In this document: positions 27,366 to 44,946 of the stretch, one piece after another
Position numbering within the stretch: position 1 is the first letter of the stretch
Layout: each line of letters starts with the position of its first letter
Position numbers and translations under genes: made by a program
NCBI RefSeq assembly: GCF_009914755.1
Contig: NC_060928.1
Strand: one strand, 5' to 3'
Origin: the human T2T-CHM13v2.0 reference genome, Homo sapiens
DNA: 64,000 nt
The notes under the pieces: generated by a model
What the model was told of the DNA's origin: nothing
Database searches by the model: none
The model's input: the letters and a program-made list of their open reading frames with translations, nothing else

Positions 27366-29945
27366 AATACACCAAATAATTTAAAATGATCACTGAATAG
27401 AATTGTTTTATGCTTGTATGTAACTCCTGAATTTTCCTCAACAAGAATTTCAATAGAAATGCAATGCTTTTGTTATAAAAATATATAGCAAGTAAAAAAT
27501 ATAGAAAATAAATTTGGCTATAAAACTTAGTCATTAGAAGACATAAAATGGAACCATCCTTCTGATGGAATTCATGCCATAATTTTTTTCTATTATAGAA
27601 TTTTGGATTAGGCATTTATTTTAAGATGTGGCAAGAGATATTTTGACCAAATTTTTAGTGATATACATGAGTTAGTTTCTCCTGAACTGTAAATTAGTTC
27701 AAATAGACCAAAAAATGGAAAGAGTTATCTTGAGTCTAAGAAGAGTGAAAATAGTTGTTTTCTGTTCATTTTGTTTTAATCAAAGTTTGAATACAACTCT
27801 TGTTATTTGTATTAACTCCAATCAAATGAAAAATGGGGCAGGTAGGCTAGTTGCTGTTGATGGTTGAAGGGTATGGGTGTGTGCATGTGTATGTGTGTTT
27901 AAACTTTGTAACTTCTACTTCATTTTTAATACATCAAAGTGAAAGACACTGTAATCCTATCTCCTCAGTCTTTCACCACCCCTTCCAAATCCACTTAAAT
28001 TCTTCTAATTATTCACAGATGAGATTAAGTCCAAAGGAATTTTTGTTTACATTGTTGTTCTATTTTCTCTTTTTCTTTAGAGATGACTACCTTTGTTTTT
28101 GCAATTATGTTAATAGATAAGCATGTCAACATAATTTATAATTGCCTTAATTATTTTATTAATGCAAGACTTTTACACTATCAGAGGCAGATCTGGAAGT
28201 GATTTAGATGCTTGCCTTTTTTGAAGAATTTGAACTGTTGTCCCATCAGACTGTCTAGAGCCAACTAAATTGGGAGATGAGAGAACTGAGCTTCAAGAGG
28301 CCACTCTTTATGTTAGAATGGGTAGTATTCACTGTAAGTTGTAAAGTGAAGTTGAAAGAAATGCACGTTCTAGTTAATAATTTTTTAAAAAAAGAATTAC
28401 TTTTTAACAGGATTTTAAAAAAACTTCCGTCTTTTAAATTTTAAAACGCTTTCCATCTTTTCAATTATCCAAGTTAATTTTTCATGACTTAAACTGAAGA
28501 TTACAGCACGCAATACCCTTCCCACGAGGGAGGCTTTTAATAGTGGAGTCAAGAAACCAGTTTTATTTTGTTTACTATAGTGTGTATAAGGGGAATATAG
28601 TATTCCCCCAATCCCCACATTAATTTACTAGTTAAGACATTATTTCAGAAGATCTTGTGCATATGTATTTTTAGAATAAAGATAGAAAGCACTGGAATCC
28701 TTATATGGTCAACTCCTGCATTTTTGATTTGTTGAAGACTTTGATCAGTGTAGGGTGGCAGTTTTGTGGCCAGATCTTAAACCAGGTAGCATAAAGATGA
28801 TGAATCTTAAAATACTCTGTGACAAGACTTAAAAAAAAAGAGTTACTATGCAGTGATAATGAAGTATTTAATATTTGAGAAATCCATGAAAATAGCAAAA
28901 TATTTTTGTAATATTTTGGCTCAGACTGTGAGGAGATTACTTAATTGCATATAAATTACTAAAGGGTGGCATGGTTAAAATTTCAAAAGTAAAATATTTA
29001 CATTTTATCCAGTTAAAAAAAATCTTCCTTTTCCTGGGTCTCCAGGAGCCCAGTTAATGATTTGCATTGTGATCAGCATCGTTTTGCAGATTTTCATCAG
29101 TGACTTATTAAAACTTGTCCATTTGATTAGAAATTCTCCTTCCTCAGTGAAACTGTCCTACTGGAGTAAGAGAAGCAGAATTTTCTGCCCCCATTCTCTC
29201 TTCACAGATTATTCCTTAACGCGTCCCTAAACTGGGTGGAATTACTACAGATGATGTGAGGGATTGTAAGTTGAAAGAATTTAACAAATTAATGATACTG
29301 TTATTTTATTTTATATAGAGATTCTTTCACTAATGGGAAAACCTTTGGTCCTCCTTTAGGTAGGTCTGAAAATTGGATGATATATGCTACAAACTTGAAG
29401 AGCAAAAACCGAGTATTTAGAAGCACTTAGAGATCCAGCAACATCAGTAAGATGTTGAGTAAATACTGTTTTCAAAATAGTCATCAGATGTTACAGAATC
29501 ATGTATACGTAATCTTACAGAAGACATTTCTTGATGATAAGGATTGCTTCTTACTGAATTTTTTATTCCTACATCTGGAAAAGCAGTTTTTATGTAATAA
29601 GGTTGCTTAAATATCCATCAAGAAAATTTTTAAAAACTGAGGCTGAAGGATTCAATTTATGGACTTTGATTGAACCTGTTTGTAACTATTGGTCTCTATA
29701 GCCAGGCATATTCTGTTTTTTAAGATTGTCTATTTATAAATATTAAACTTTTATTTTTTAGTTTTTGTAGGAGTTTGCTTCCCCTGTCAATAAGCATTGA
29801 GATTGTAGTATAGTGAATACTGTTTTATAATGTTAAAACCTGTTTTGGAGCTTGGCAGAGCTGAGTCTTCTTATGTAGACATTTCTGGTGCCAGTGCATC
29901 CTACAAGAGGTTCTTGGACAAAACCTTTTATATGTCTTTTATATG

Positions 29946-30255
29946 TTGGCTTTTATATGTCTTTCTCTTTCACGAGATCCCATCCCATTCCATTTTCTTT
30001 CATTTTATTCTGTATTCCTTCATATATGTGTATATCTCTTTTGCCTGGGTCTTGAGAGTTATAGTCTTGAGGTAGTATAGTGCTGTGATTAAGATAAAAG
30101 TTGGCTTTTATATGTCTTTCTCTTTCACGAGATCCCATCCCATTCCATTTTCTTTCATTTTATTCTGTATTCCTTCATATATGTGTCTATCTCTTTTGCC
30201 TGGGTCTTGAGAGTTATAGTCTTGAGGTAGTATAGTGCTGTGATTAAGATAAAGG
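29946..30255. repeat. 155-bp two-copy tandem duplication
   Basis: 29946-30100 and 30101-30255 are identical except at 30032/30187 and 30099/30254. Confidence 0.95.
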
Positions 30256-30505
30256 ATGCTGCTGCTAAGGTGGCTTCAAATCCCAGTCCTGCTGCTTGCT
30301 AGCTGGGTGACTGAGGGTAAGTTATTTAATCCCTCTGTGTCTCAGTTTTCTGATGTGCAAAATTGGGGTGATAATATCACTTGCTTACCTCTCACAGGTG
30401 TTATGAGGATTAAATTGATAATACATGTAAAGTACTTAGGACAACGTGTGGTGCATATCTACATTCATTGTCAAGTATTTGAAGGCTGATTAGAATTTGC
30501 TATTA
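30224..30505 (+). mobile_element. MIR
   Basis: ttcaaatcccagtcctgctgcttgctagctgggtgactgagggtaagttatttaat...gttatgaggattaaat...gtaaagtacttag. Confidence 0.85.
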
Positions 30506-31264
30506 CTGGTTTCATCAGAGAGTATTTTCTGACTCAGTATGATGTTTGTATTTGGCCAAGAATGGAGTCTTCCTTTGGTGTATTCCATCCATCCTCTGCA
30601 AGATTCTAGAATACCTGTGCTCAGACCCTGTGCTCAGCTACCTAAATACTATTAGTGAAGATCCAGGTCAAGCCTCCTATGTTATCTTTCTCTTATAGTG
30701 AGAGCAAAGACATGGTCCCTGAACACACAAAACATATACATATATGACCAAACTAGATTGCAAACTTCTTGAGGTTAGAGAAATTAGGCTTTATGATATT
30801 TTTTATCATAGAACTGAGAAAAAAGAGATTACCCAATAAACACATGGTGATTTTAAAATTATGGTTATAGCTAATCCATTTTCCAAAAGAGAAATTTAGA
30901 AATGATGATATAGGTCAGAGTAGATTGATGGTATTTTCAGTTTCAGTTGTGCATTTAGTTAATAGAATGGAAGTAATCAGAGGTTGTTTTACATTGTGTA
31001 TTCTCTGAACTTTGTTTGAATGAAATATTACCATCCCAAGTCTGAGTTTTATTCAGGTGGTGAATAATTTGTATTTACTGCTTATTTGACTTTAGTTGTA
31101 AGGAAACTATAGATTTCAGTAGAAATAATAATAGTAGCAGCTAACAGTACATAGTGCTTACTATATGCCACACAGTACCTGTCAACCAACACCTAATCTT
31201 GACTTTGAAAAGCCTTTAAAAAAAAAAAAGACACAATGACTTGGGAGATTCCAAATTATTACTG

Positions 31265-31566
31265 TTTTTTTTTGTTGTTTTTTTGAGATGGAGTCTTGCT
31301 GTGTCACCCAGGCTGGAGTACAGTGGCACGGTCTTGGCTCACTGCAGTCGCATCTCCCAGGTTAAAGCGATTCTCCTGCCTCAGCCTCCTGAGTAGCTGG
31401 CACTACAGGCATGCGCCACCATGCCCGGCTAATTTTTTGTATTTTTAGCAGAGGCGGGGTTTCACCATGTTGGCCAGGCTAGTCTCGAACTCCTGACCTC
31501 AGGTGAGCCACCTGCTTCCACCTCCCAAAGTGCTGGGATTACAGGCATGAGCCACTGCACCCAGCC
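31265..31566 (-). mobile_element. AluS (Sx-like)
   Basis: Full-length antisense Alu starting with poly-T. Confidence 0.92.
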
Positions 31567-31603
31567 CCAAATTTAAGTATAAATTTTGGAAACATATTTC
31601 TTA

Positions 31604-32235
<632 letters not shown>

Positions 32236-32252
32236 AAAAGGTTTGTGTTTAA

Positions 32253-32457
32253 TTGAATGCTCATGGACATAAGGAAGGGAACAAGAGACACCGGGGCCTA
32301 CTTGATGGTGGAGGGCAGGAGGAGTGTGAGGGTCAAAAAACTACCTATGCTTATTACCTGGGTGATGAAATAAAACGTACACCAAACCCTACGACACACA
32401 ATTTATCTATAGAACAAACCTGCACGTGTACCCCTGAAACTAAAATAAAAGTTAAAA
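32253..32457 (+). mobile_element. Old L1P (L1PA13-L1PB-like) 3'UTR fragment
   Basis: catggacataaggaagggaacaagagacac...aacaaacctgcacgtgtacccctgaaactaaaataaaag. Confidence 0.8.
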
Positions 32458-33819
32458 GGAAGTTTGTGTGTAATAGAAATAGTGCTTCTGGCCATTTCAC
32501 CAGCCTGGAAATGGTTCTTGAGTATATCAGTCGAGGGTAGTCACCACCAGAGGTAAAGTGGGACAGTGAACACTGCTCTTGCCAACAGAGTGGTGAATAA
32601 CAGTGCTAGCATTTTCTTTTCTTCCAGGCTGTTCAAAGTGAAAGGTGAAGAAAATAGCCCTCTGTATTTAGTTTGCAGTTGCTATTTGGTTTCTAATTTA
32701 GGTTGTGTATTTTCCTCTAATGTTTCATTTTGACATAATATATTTTAAAATGGACTTTTCTTGTGGACACAATTTTATGATATGATTTTTCTTAAGTTCT
32801 AGGCGGCAATGTGGCTGCGTTTTATTTACTTGAATCGTATGTGATGGGAACCAGACTCAAACTTATTTCAGAAATAGTGTTAATTATACAAATGAAAGAG
32901 GCAGATATCTTTTGGTTCATCTACACATTTCAGAGTTGCTCCTGTGGTGCATTCCCGAAACCGTATCTGAATAAGCACAACATCTTCTAATGCCAGTAGA
33001 TATTTTATACTTGCCTGTTGGAAGTTACAGTTCATTAAATGACTACACAATAATGTGTGATTGTCAGAACAGCATTCAGTACACAGGTAGCTAGTATCTG
33101 GTAATGGGGTTAAAAGTAATGGAAGATTCCAATAGACATGATGAATTTTAAATTGTTCCTTTATTATACATTTTAGCTGATGTACTATTATTTATAAAAC
33201 AAAAGAAAACAAAAAGTGGTCTATTAGGTTATGTCTCCAGATAGCAGAGTTTTGAGTGGGAAAAATCAAGGGATATATACGGTAAAGAAACAGTGGTCTC
33301 TGGCTTGAGCTTCGACCAGTATAATTACTGGGATTCAGTCTTCAGAAGACCCTTCGTCTGTGCCAGAACCCCAGAATGGATTTTAACCTGTCCCGTTTCA
33401 GATTGTCTTCATGGTGGGTGGGAGATAATGGTAGCAGGAGAGAGATGTCAGCATAAAGATTAGGATTAAAAAAACGCCAAGCTCCAATTACTAAAAAGTT
33501 GACATCAAGATAGTATTTAGAAGATTCTTTAAGGAGGGAAAGGCGGAGGTGTAGAACAAGGAAGGATTGGGAAGTCATTTTGGATATTAGAGTGACCTGA
33601 ATTCCATATGAAGGAAATGTTTGTTAGCTGCTGTTTCTAAGCTGTATAGTTCTGTATTTTTTAATGAATAGATCTTTTGATAAGGGCCAAGTACTTATTA
33701 AAAAACAAATTGTATGTAAGTTGATAATTTCTTAGAATTTCTTGTCTGTAGATTAGGGATTCAACTTGGTGATATGAGGTCATTGCAGTTGAAAAAGAGG
33801 CACAAGCTTAAGGTAAAAA

Positions 33820-33992
33820 CTTTTAATACCCAATACAACGTAAATGTTATGTAAATAGTTATACTATATTGCTTAGGGAATAATGACAAGGAAAAAAAGT
33901 CTGTACATGTTCAGCGCAGACACAGCCATTCCTTTAAAAAAAATTTTCAATCTGTTGTTGGTAAAACCCATAGTTACAGAGGGCTAACAGTA
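33820..33992. mobile_element. MER2/Tigger2-type terminal fragment
   Basis: taatacccaatacaacgtaaatgttatgtaaatagtt...gggaataatgacaagg...tgtacatgttcag...cagagggc. Confidence 0.7.
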
Positions 33993-34035
33993 TGTATTTT
34001 TGCATTACACATGAAAAAACATTTTAATAGTTTAG

Positions 34036-34431
<396 letters not shown>

Positions 34432-34447
34432 TAAATGTATACTTTAA

Positions 34448-34806
<359 letters not shown>

Positions 34807-35289
34807 GCTGTTTTCTACTTTAAAAATCCTTCAATGGTTCCCATTGCCTCTGGGTGAAATCCAACATTTCTAGCAACGAATCCTCATTTTCAGTTTTTAT
34901 TTGCTAAGAGGAAAGAACAACAACATGCATTACATAACAGACTCATTGAAAAACATTTTTTTTTCGAGATGATGGTGGCATAGGATAGTGGTCTTATCAA
35001 ATGTGTTAAGTGGATTTTTCTGATTTGTGTCAGGAGTTTTCAGATGCATACCATAATTTTAGAGTATACTACTTACTGAGTACCCCCCAAGACAAACAAA
35101 CAAGTACATGTCATAAAGTCTATGCTTATGCCTAAACCTTTGGCATAGAGGGGAATGCATGGATTGTTTGACAACTTTGTGTATTGGTGACACTATAAAT
35201 TCATAGTCCCTAGCTTTCTAGGTGCTGATTGTTGCTGAGTAAAAATTCTGTTTATCCCATATGTTATCTTTCTCATTCCTACTTAGGAG

Positions 35290-36730
<1,441 letters not shown>

Positions 36731-36966
36731 GAGCTTTCTTCTCTTTTTCACTTCATTTCACCTAAAGAAAACATTTTAGAGTTTCCCTGGGACGTATGGA
36801 ACTTTTTACAATTTCTGGAGCAAATTGAAAATACTGGTCTTTGAACCCTTGGGAAAACATAAGTTTTCATAACCTTCAAAATATGATTGACACATTGCCC
36901 AGTAAATGTTTATTCTTGTGTAATTACTGCATTAAGATTAGTTTTAGTTGCATATTAAGATCACCG

Positions 36967-37278
36967 TTTCTTTTTTTTTGGAGACAGAGTCTCACTTCCA
37001 TCACCCACCCAGGCTGGAATGCAGTGGTGCAGTCACAATTCACTCAGCCCCCTGGGCCCCAGGTGATTCTCCTGCCTCAGCCTCCCAAGTACATGGGACT
37101 ATAGGCATGTGCCACCGTGCCTGTGCCCCGCTAATTTTTTTTTTTTTTTTGTATTTTCAGTAGAGATGGGGTTTCACCATGTTGCCCAGTCTAATCTAGA
37201 AGTTTTGGGCTCAAGCAGTTCTCTTGCCTCAGCCTCCCAAAGTGCTGGGATTACAGGTGCGAGCCACCATACCCAGCC
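36967..37278 (-). mobile_element. AluJ
   Basis: Diverged antisense Alu (gttgcccag...gggctcaagc). Confidence 0.88.
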
Positions 37279-37281
37279 TTA

Positions 37282-37573
37282 CTTCTTCTTTTTTTTTCTT
37301 TTGAGACGGGGTCTCACTCAGTCACCCAGACAGGAGTGCAGTGGGGTGATCTTAGTTCACCTCTACCTCTGCCTCCCAGGCTCAAGTGATTCTCCTGCCT
37401 CAGCCTCCCAGGTAGCTGAGATTACAGGTGTGCACCACTACCACCCAGCTAATTTTTGTATTTTTTTAGTAGAGACGGGATTTCACCATATTGACAGGCT
37501 GGTCTTGAACTCCTGACCTCAAATGGTCCACCCACCTCGGCCTCCCAAAGTGCTGAGATTACAGACATGAACC
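37282..37573 (-). mobile_element. Alu (old S/J), in tandem with the preceding Alu
   Basis: Antisense Alu immediately adjacent to the AluJ. Confidence 0.88.
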
Positions 37574-38208
37574 TGTTACAGAGGTATTACGTGTCTGAAT
37601 GCCTTACTTTTTTATTCAGCAAAAAAGGGGGCTCCCCACTGTCATTGGAGCTGAGTGTGGGGAGACCAAATGAAATCCTGTTTCCTTGGAAGGGACCAAT
37701 AAGTGTCCTTTGTTTCCAGTGTTGAACGATGAGCAGGTTTGGACAGTTGGATCTGAGGGAAGGGCCATCCCAGGCAAAGGGAAGGCAAATGCCAGTGCTT
37801 GAGGCTGTGAACAACAGAGTGAAAATATTCCTAGATCATGAAAATAAGTGTTTGAATTTAGCATAATGCATTTGACTTATTATTAATCAAAGGTGTTGCA
37901 CAGGATGAGTATTTGTGTTTACCTAGTCACTTTAAAACATATATTTCACCTCAAGTATTCCCAGTTTGGTAGACTACAGCATGAAGGCTTGAATGTTGTA
38001 GCTTAATTTCTTCTGTAACTGCTAGTTTCTTCTATGGCACTGCTTATTTGCATGGTAGTGTGTGTCTCCATAGAGTCCTCATTCAACAGTTAAATGTTAG
38101 AGTGCTCTGAGGACAGGGCTTAAACAGTCAAAAACTATTTCTTAAATTTCTCTAGAACCTCTTTTTTAAAATTAAACTCCATGATTTGTTTGAATTAAAT
38201 TTTACTAT

Positions 38209-38211
<3 letters not shown>

Positions 38212-38259
<48 letters not shown>
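38212..38259. repeat. (CA)n microsatellite
   Basis: About 24 perfect units. Confidence 0.95.
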
Positions 38260-38261
<2 letters not shown>

Positions 38262-40129
38262 TGCTTTAAAGGAAGAATAATAATTTGTATTTGTCAGATA
38301 ATTTCTGATTTTTGTTTTACTCTTTCTGAAATGTCAAAGACAAAACTTCCGTGAGGTTTTTAGAATCTAGAATCATCATTCATATATTGTATGAAAACAA
38401 TTTTACACTTTACACTTCTTTTTCTTTAAACCTTTTTCCGTTATTTTACTAAGCACCAGAAGAAAGTCAGATATTTCCTGTGATGCTAAAATTTCTTCCA
38501 GATCACATGCTGAAATACCTTTTTTCTTTGAGGGTTCTCTTAAATGATCAAATGTAGTCTCTTAAGTGTATATGGCCAGCTCTTTCATCTGAGCTACTTT
38601 GTCTAAATGTTTATGCTATTCAGATAACATGTATCTTCAATATTCAGCTTTGCATATGGGCTATACTTCATCCCAATAGTATTCCTTTTTCTTCTTTTAG
38701 GTTTGACTGAATTAGAGGTATGTTCCATCCATGTTAAATGGGTTCAAAAGGCCTACTTGAATTTGAAATACTCCTGTTCATTATAAAATAAAATGTGACT
38801 GTGTTTCTAAGTATGCATAGTTTTTATAATCTGTAACATTTTAATTTGTTATTTTTCCTGAGATCATGTAAGCATTTCTTTTAAAAATTTAGTTTTTATA
38901 AAATGGCTCATGTTTTATGTAAGTTTGGCCCTTATTTTTTCTAAAGATGCAAAGCTTAATGGTTGTAAGGAATAGAGGCACCACTTTCCCCCTTGAGGCC
39001 TGGTCAATATTTGAATACTTGTGCACAGCATAACAAGTATCTTTTAGACTGAATACATTAATAGTAGTACTTTCAAGGGATGTTTAGCAAACTTTATGGG
39101 CAATAGGGTTGAAAATCTGTGTAGTCAGTAGATTTACAAAGTTATATTAGAGAAGAAGTTGCAAAGAAAGGTTTTAAGGAAAATTTATCTTTATGTTCTA
39201 AATGGCCTTTTAAAATTCTATTTTTATAAACTCTGATCAGTCTTAACTAAATTTTGCGTTTAAACTTTTGGATAAAAGTCATGTTACAGGGGTTCTTGCA
39301 ATGTGAACTTCATGCCGTATTTGGGCTTGTTTTTATGATTTTCTTGCACTAAACTTGGAATGCACTCTTGAAGAATAGGTTTTTGGCTCTCAAGGACCTT
39401 CGTAGTCATACACTAGCTCTTAATCACTGTGTCTGTGGAGTGTCTTGCTGGTTGGAGCTCTCAGTGGATTGACTTCCCTTTCTCTCTACTTCCTGCCAAG
39501 AGAGAGAGAGAGTTTTACCACTTGTGGTAGAGAACATCTTTACTTGGTTATGCTATTTGCCATGTGATGGTTATGGAGTTTCTGCTATAAAAGAAACTGT
39601 CAGCTCTAAGTTATCAGTGCAAGTTTTGGATTAATAGCATCTTTAGCTTTTATTTCCCTCAGTCCTCTTGCTCATTTCATTATGCCTTAGAGAATGGAGA
39701 ATTGGGAATAATAATAAATGATTTAGTGTTCTACTGTTTAATTTGACTTTTCTTGAGTATGTTAGACTTAACCTGAAAGTTTTGGTTGTGATGGGTTTAC
39801 ATTCTCTGTGGGTTTGGTAGTCTTCAGCAAAAATTAGCCTCTATTAGCACAATGAATTGATAATTGCCCAGCATTTCATCTTGCGTTGGATTCTGACTTC
39901 ACTCTGGAAGCAAAGATGTTACAAAGAAGGGTACCCTGCCTCAGAGTTTGGAGTTTCCCACATTAACGTTGGAAGGTGTCTTTTGGTAGGCTCTTAAACA
40001 ATTATGGAACTGTGGAAATAGCCTTAGGTGAGGAGCTGAACATCCCAAGTTCTCAAGTGCACTCTGTTTATTGAATTACAGACACTTATCTGTAAATGAT
40101 GATGATTTTTTTGGCGGGGGGGCGGGGTA

Positions 40130-40340
40130 AGAGGTACTTTGTTAAATGCTTTGTGTGCATTATGTTATTTAATTCATGTAGTAAATTGGAGGCAGGCATT
40201 ATCCCAATTTTACAGATGAGAAAACCAGGGGTTAGAGAAGTTAAGCAGCTTGCCCGATGTCACACAGCCAGTAAACATAAAGCTAGAATTCATACCCAAG
40301 GACTGCCTGACTCCAAGACCTGTTTCTTTGCTGCTCTGCA
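40130..40340 (-). mobile_element. MIR, flanked by remnants of a sense MIR
   Basis: cccaattttacagatgagaaaacc...agagaagttaagcagcttgccc...cacacagc...gcctgactccaag. Confidence 0.8.
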
Positions 40341-41716
40341 TTCTGCTATATGTAAAGTACCGTGTGCTTATTATGAGGATTAAATAAGCTAATGCGTACA
40401 TCCTTTGTAAAGTAAGATATTAGTCTTGGTATGGTAAAAATATGGACATGTTTGGAACATGGAACTGTTACTAATCTTTTCTGCTATTTTAAGGCTTCAC
40501 ATGCATTTCATAATTTTATATATAAGTATTTTACACCTTCAAGATTGTTAATATGTTGTGAATGTCATGTTTCTTGATTTATGAAGTACTCATGTTATTC
40601 TTTAAAAACCCTTTCTAAGAAGGAAGGAAATCTATATCCCCTCCCCCCACATATTCCATGGATTTTTGTTTTGAAAAGAAAAAACTTAATTTTACATCAG
40701 AATCTTTAGAATTTTTTGGACTCTAGAATTTAATAATTAGTTATATTGTTCACTTACAGTTTCATACTAGAGAATAAGATCTTCAATATTCCATTATTTT
40801 AAAAGATAATACAAGGTAAACACATACAGAAAAGGTTTGATTGCTCCAGTAAGGATACTGAATAGTCAAACAATTTTCAACAACTTAGTTTACTACCTAT
40901 ATATACAAGCTATTTTGAGTGTTGATGCATTACTGAAATACTTTAAGGCCTTCCTTAGTTTGTATGCATTGCTGAAATACCCCAAGGTTTGATTCTAGAA
41001 TGCTCGAAAAATTTTAAATTGCAAAAGGAAAACAAATGAATGCTTACTCATGTTGTAACACTTTTCTGTAATTTACCTCAATTTCTAAGGTCGTACCTTT
41101 TATTCAGGTTAGGAATAGGTTTTAAGTACTCTTGATTCCAAGTAATTTGTTTAATTGTCTTAATGCTATCTTTATAATCATTTTAAGCTGTGGTGCTCTT
41201 GTGAGCGAGTGCCCAGGAGCTGGAAAATTGACATCCAGGCAGTGAGGTCTGCTTTCTCTTACCGGCACCCTGGCATTCTCTGTGACCTCACAAGGCACTT
41301 TTAAAATCTTTTAGCTTCTATAGCTTTGAAGGCAAAGCCCTAGAGTATGGCTTGGAAATTCAGAAAAAAATGATAATTTAAATAAAGATAAATGTAAATA
41401 TTTGTAGACAAAGCTTTCAAGTGCAAACTGGTTTTAAATACCCTCTAAACATATAAAAATATTTTCAAAGTCACTTTTTAAACCCAGAAGCAATAGAGTA
41501 TAAAAGCCCCTATCAATAGCACGTTTAGTGATGATTGCAAGTATTTGTTTGAAATATAAATTTTGAAATTCTAACTTTTGATTAAAGTAGAAGTATGAAT
41601 TTTTAAACCTTTTCAGATGAGAAATTAGAAATTTTGTCTTCATATTTTATAAGAATTGATGAATCTGCTGGGTTTTTGTGATATTTAAGATTTTTCTTTT
41701 ATTATCAAAGAAAAAT

Positions 41717-41845
41717 GCTGGATGCCAGTGGAGCATGCCTGTAGTCCCAGCTACTTTGGAGGCTGAGGTGGGAGGATCGCTTGAGCCTGTGCCACTGCAC
41801 GCCAGCCTGGGTGACTGAGCTAGTCCCTGTCTCAAAAATAAACAA
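41717..41845 (+). mobile_element. FRAM/AluJ right-monomer fragment with an internal deletion
   Basis: gcctgtagtcccagctact...ggaggatcgcttgagcc|tgtgccactgcac...ctgtctcaaaaa. Confidence 0.8.
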
Positions 41846-42493
41846 TAACCAATTTCAAGTGTTTAATATATCCCCATGTAAATATTCAGCAGTAAAAGAT
41901 GATTATGTTTTGCAATTACTTACATAATGCTTTCTGTGAGTATAAAACTGAACTTTAGATGTGAAAGTTGTACGAGGCAGTTTCTGCACCTAAGAAGTTT
42001 TAGAGTGAAGAGATTTCAGTTTGATACAATTTAAAGGTAATGTAATCATACTGGGTTTGAAGGTTTTCTAGGATATGTCTTTATGGGAAACCCAACTGAT
42101 TCAGCTGCCTGTAGGGCCCCCAAGTACAACTTCACATTTACCTGATGTGCTGTACTATATCTAGAAATAATCTATATGATTTTTTTTTTTGGCCATAAGC
42201 CAGACTTCCTGGGTCAGCATTGAGCAAAACTTGTAACAGGTGTCTGACTACTTCCTCTCACCTCCGGTCCATATGGCCAGAGCTTTACTTGTTCTGTCAC
42301 TTCGGATACTCTCCCTTAAGTACTGACCACCTTACTGAATGACCCTCAATTTGCCTTTCTAGTTTTATTTGAGTTACTCTTCTATTAGGTGGTTGTTTAC
42401 CTGAATTTTTGCTTTTTTTCCTTCATCGTTTGGAGATGACTTTTTGCAGATCGAATCTTGTACCCGGATTTCCCATCTCTATTTCTGCTTTGA

Positions 42494-42823
<330 letters not shown>

Positions 42824-42879
42824 CGACCATGAATTCTTACTTCTATCTTCCTGTGTGTTATGTGTCTTATTGCGTTTAA

Positions 42880-43472
42880 AAAAATTAATGTAAAATACAT
42901 GTAACATAAAATTTACTATCTTAACCATTTTTAAGTGCAGTTCAGCTGTGTTAAGTATATTCACGTTATTGTGCAACAGATTTCCAGAACTTTTTCATCT
43001 TGGAGACCTGAAACTCTGGATTAAGCCACAAGCCCCATTTTCTTTTCTTCACGTCCCTGGCAGCCACCATTCTACCTTCTTTCTGTTTGTTTGAGCTTGA
43101 GTACTTTAGATACCTCATGTAAGTTGAATCATACAGTGTTTGTCTTGTAGTGACTGGCTTATTTTACTTAGCATGATGTCTTCAAGGTTCATCCATCTTG
43201 TAGCATGTGACAGGATTTCCTTCTTAAGGCTAAATATTTTATATATATATGTGTGTATATATATGTGTATGTGTGTGTATATATATACATACCACATTTT
43301 GTTTTATCCATTCATCTTTCAGTGGACATTTGGGTTGTTTTCAGCTTTTGACTATTGTGAATAATACTGCAGTGAACATGGGTGTGCAAATATCTCTTTG
43401 AGATTCTGCTTTCAATTCTTTGGATTATATATCCAACAGTGGAATTGCTGGGTCATATAGTAATTCTGTTTT
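42880..43472 (-). mobile_element. L1MB-type 3' end
   Basis: acataaaatttactatcttaaccatttttaagtg...ggattatatatccaacagtggaattgctgggtcata. ORF 43115..43297 resembles the ORF2 tail. Confidence 0.85.
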
Positions 43473-43821
43473 TAGAATGGAAAGTGTTGCTATAGTCTTA
43501 TTTTTGACCTTAATTTGACTACCACAGCCATACTGCTCTCAGTCTTCTCCTTTAAGCTTGTGTCTCTTTTTGTTTATGTTTTGGAAAATATGGAAATCAT
43601 GGAGCATATGTAAATATAGAAAAATATATTTTATATCAATTAAAATCTAATTGTGATTTATACATTTTAGTAGAAGAGGGTATTGGTGATGTGAATACTA
43701 ACAAAAGGCTGTAGAAATCTGATTATCTTTTGCTTTCTATTTTTTAGTAAGTAAACTTGATTAGAAAAATGTTATAGATCAAAGTCAGTTTATATATTTA
43801 CTCTTAAAATCTGTGGCTATT

Positions 43822-44191
<370 letters not shown>

Positions 44192-44518
44192 CTAGTAAGA
44201 CTTAGTATTTGCTTCTTTTTGGAAAGATACCAGAGAAACATCATATGGTGTCTGTAATTCTATTATATGGAATATTATATTTTCTCTTATTCACAAGCTA
44301 GGAGCTCAAACATTAGAACTTTGAGGTGCTATAGTAAAAAGTTAGAACTTTGTTAAAAATTACACCAAAAGTTAGAACTTTGAGGTGTTCTTGATCTCTA
44401 CTACAGTGCTATAGTGAAAACCTGTAATACTGTTTTAACAGTTTGAACTGGTTCACAATAATCATGGGAAGATGTGCTTTATTTTTAGTACATCTTTTCA
44501 ATTAATAATAACAAATGA

Positions 44519-44849
<331 letters not shown>

Positions 44850-44946
44850 TTATGTATTACCATGATTCTGCATTTGAACTGGTAAATAATAATAAACCTT
44901 TCTCAAGCCACAAATAGCAATTCAGTTTTTGTCTCTTTGTTGACAG

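Noticed and set aside
29946-30255. Direct repeats as a CRISPR-like array
   Set aside because: Only two abutting copies with no spacers, in eukaryotic DNA; a simple tandem duplication.
32611-32650. Acceptor-like ttttcttttcttccag with a nearby GT (also 23090, 38700, 63888)
   Set aside because: Pseudo splice sites are abundant in T-rich introns; the donors are weak and I recognise no mRNA sequence.
37109-37516. 135-aa ORF and similar ORFs over Alus (14413, 27078, 31979, 34051, 35648, 42574, 43886, 44610)
   Set aside because: Typical Alu-derived translations ([23 protein letters not shown]); not genes.
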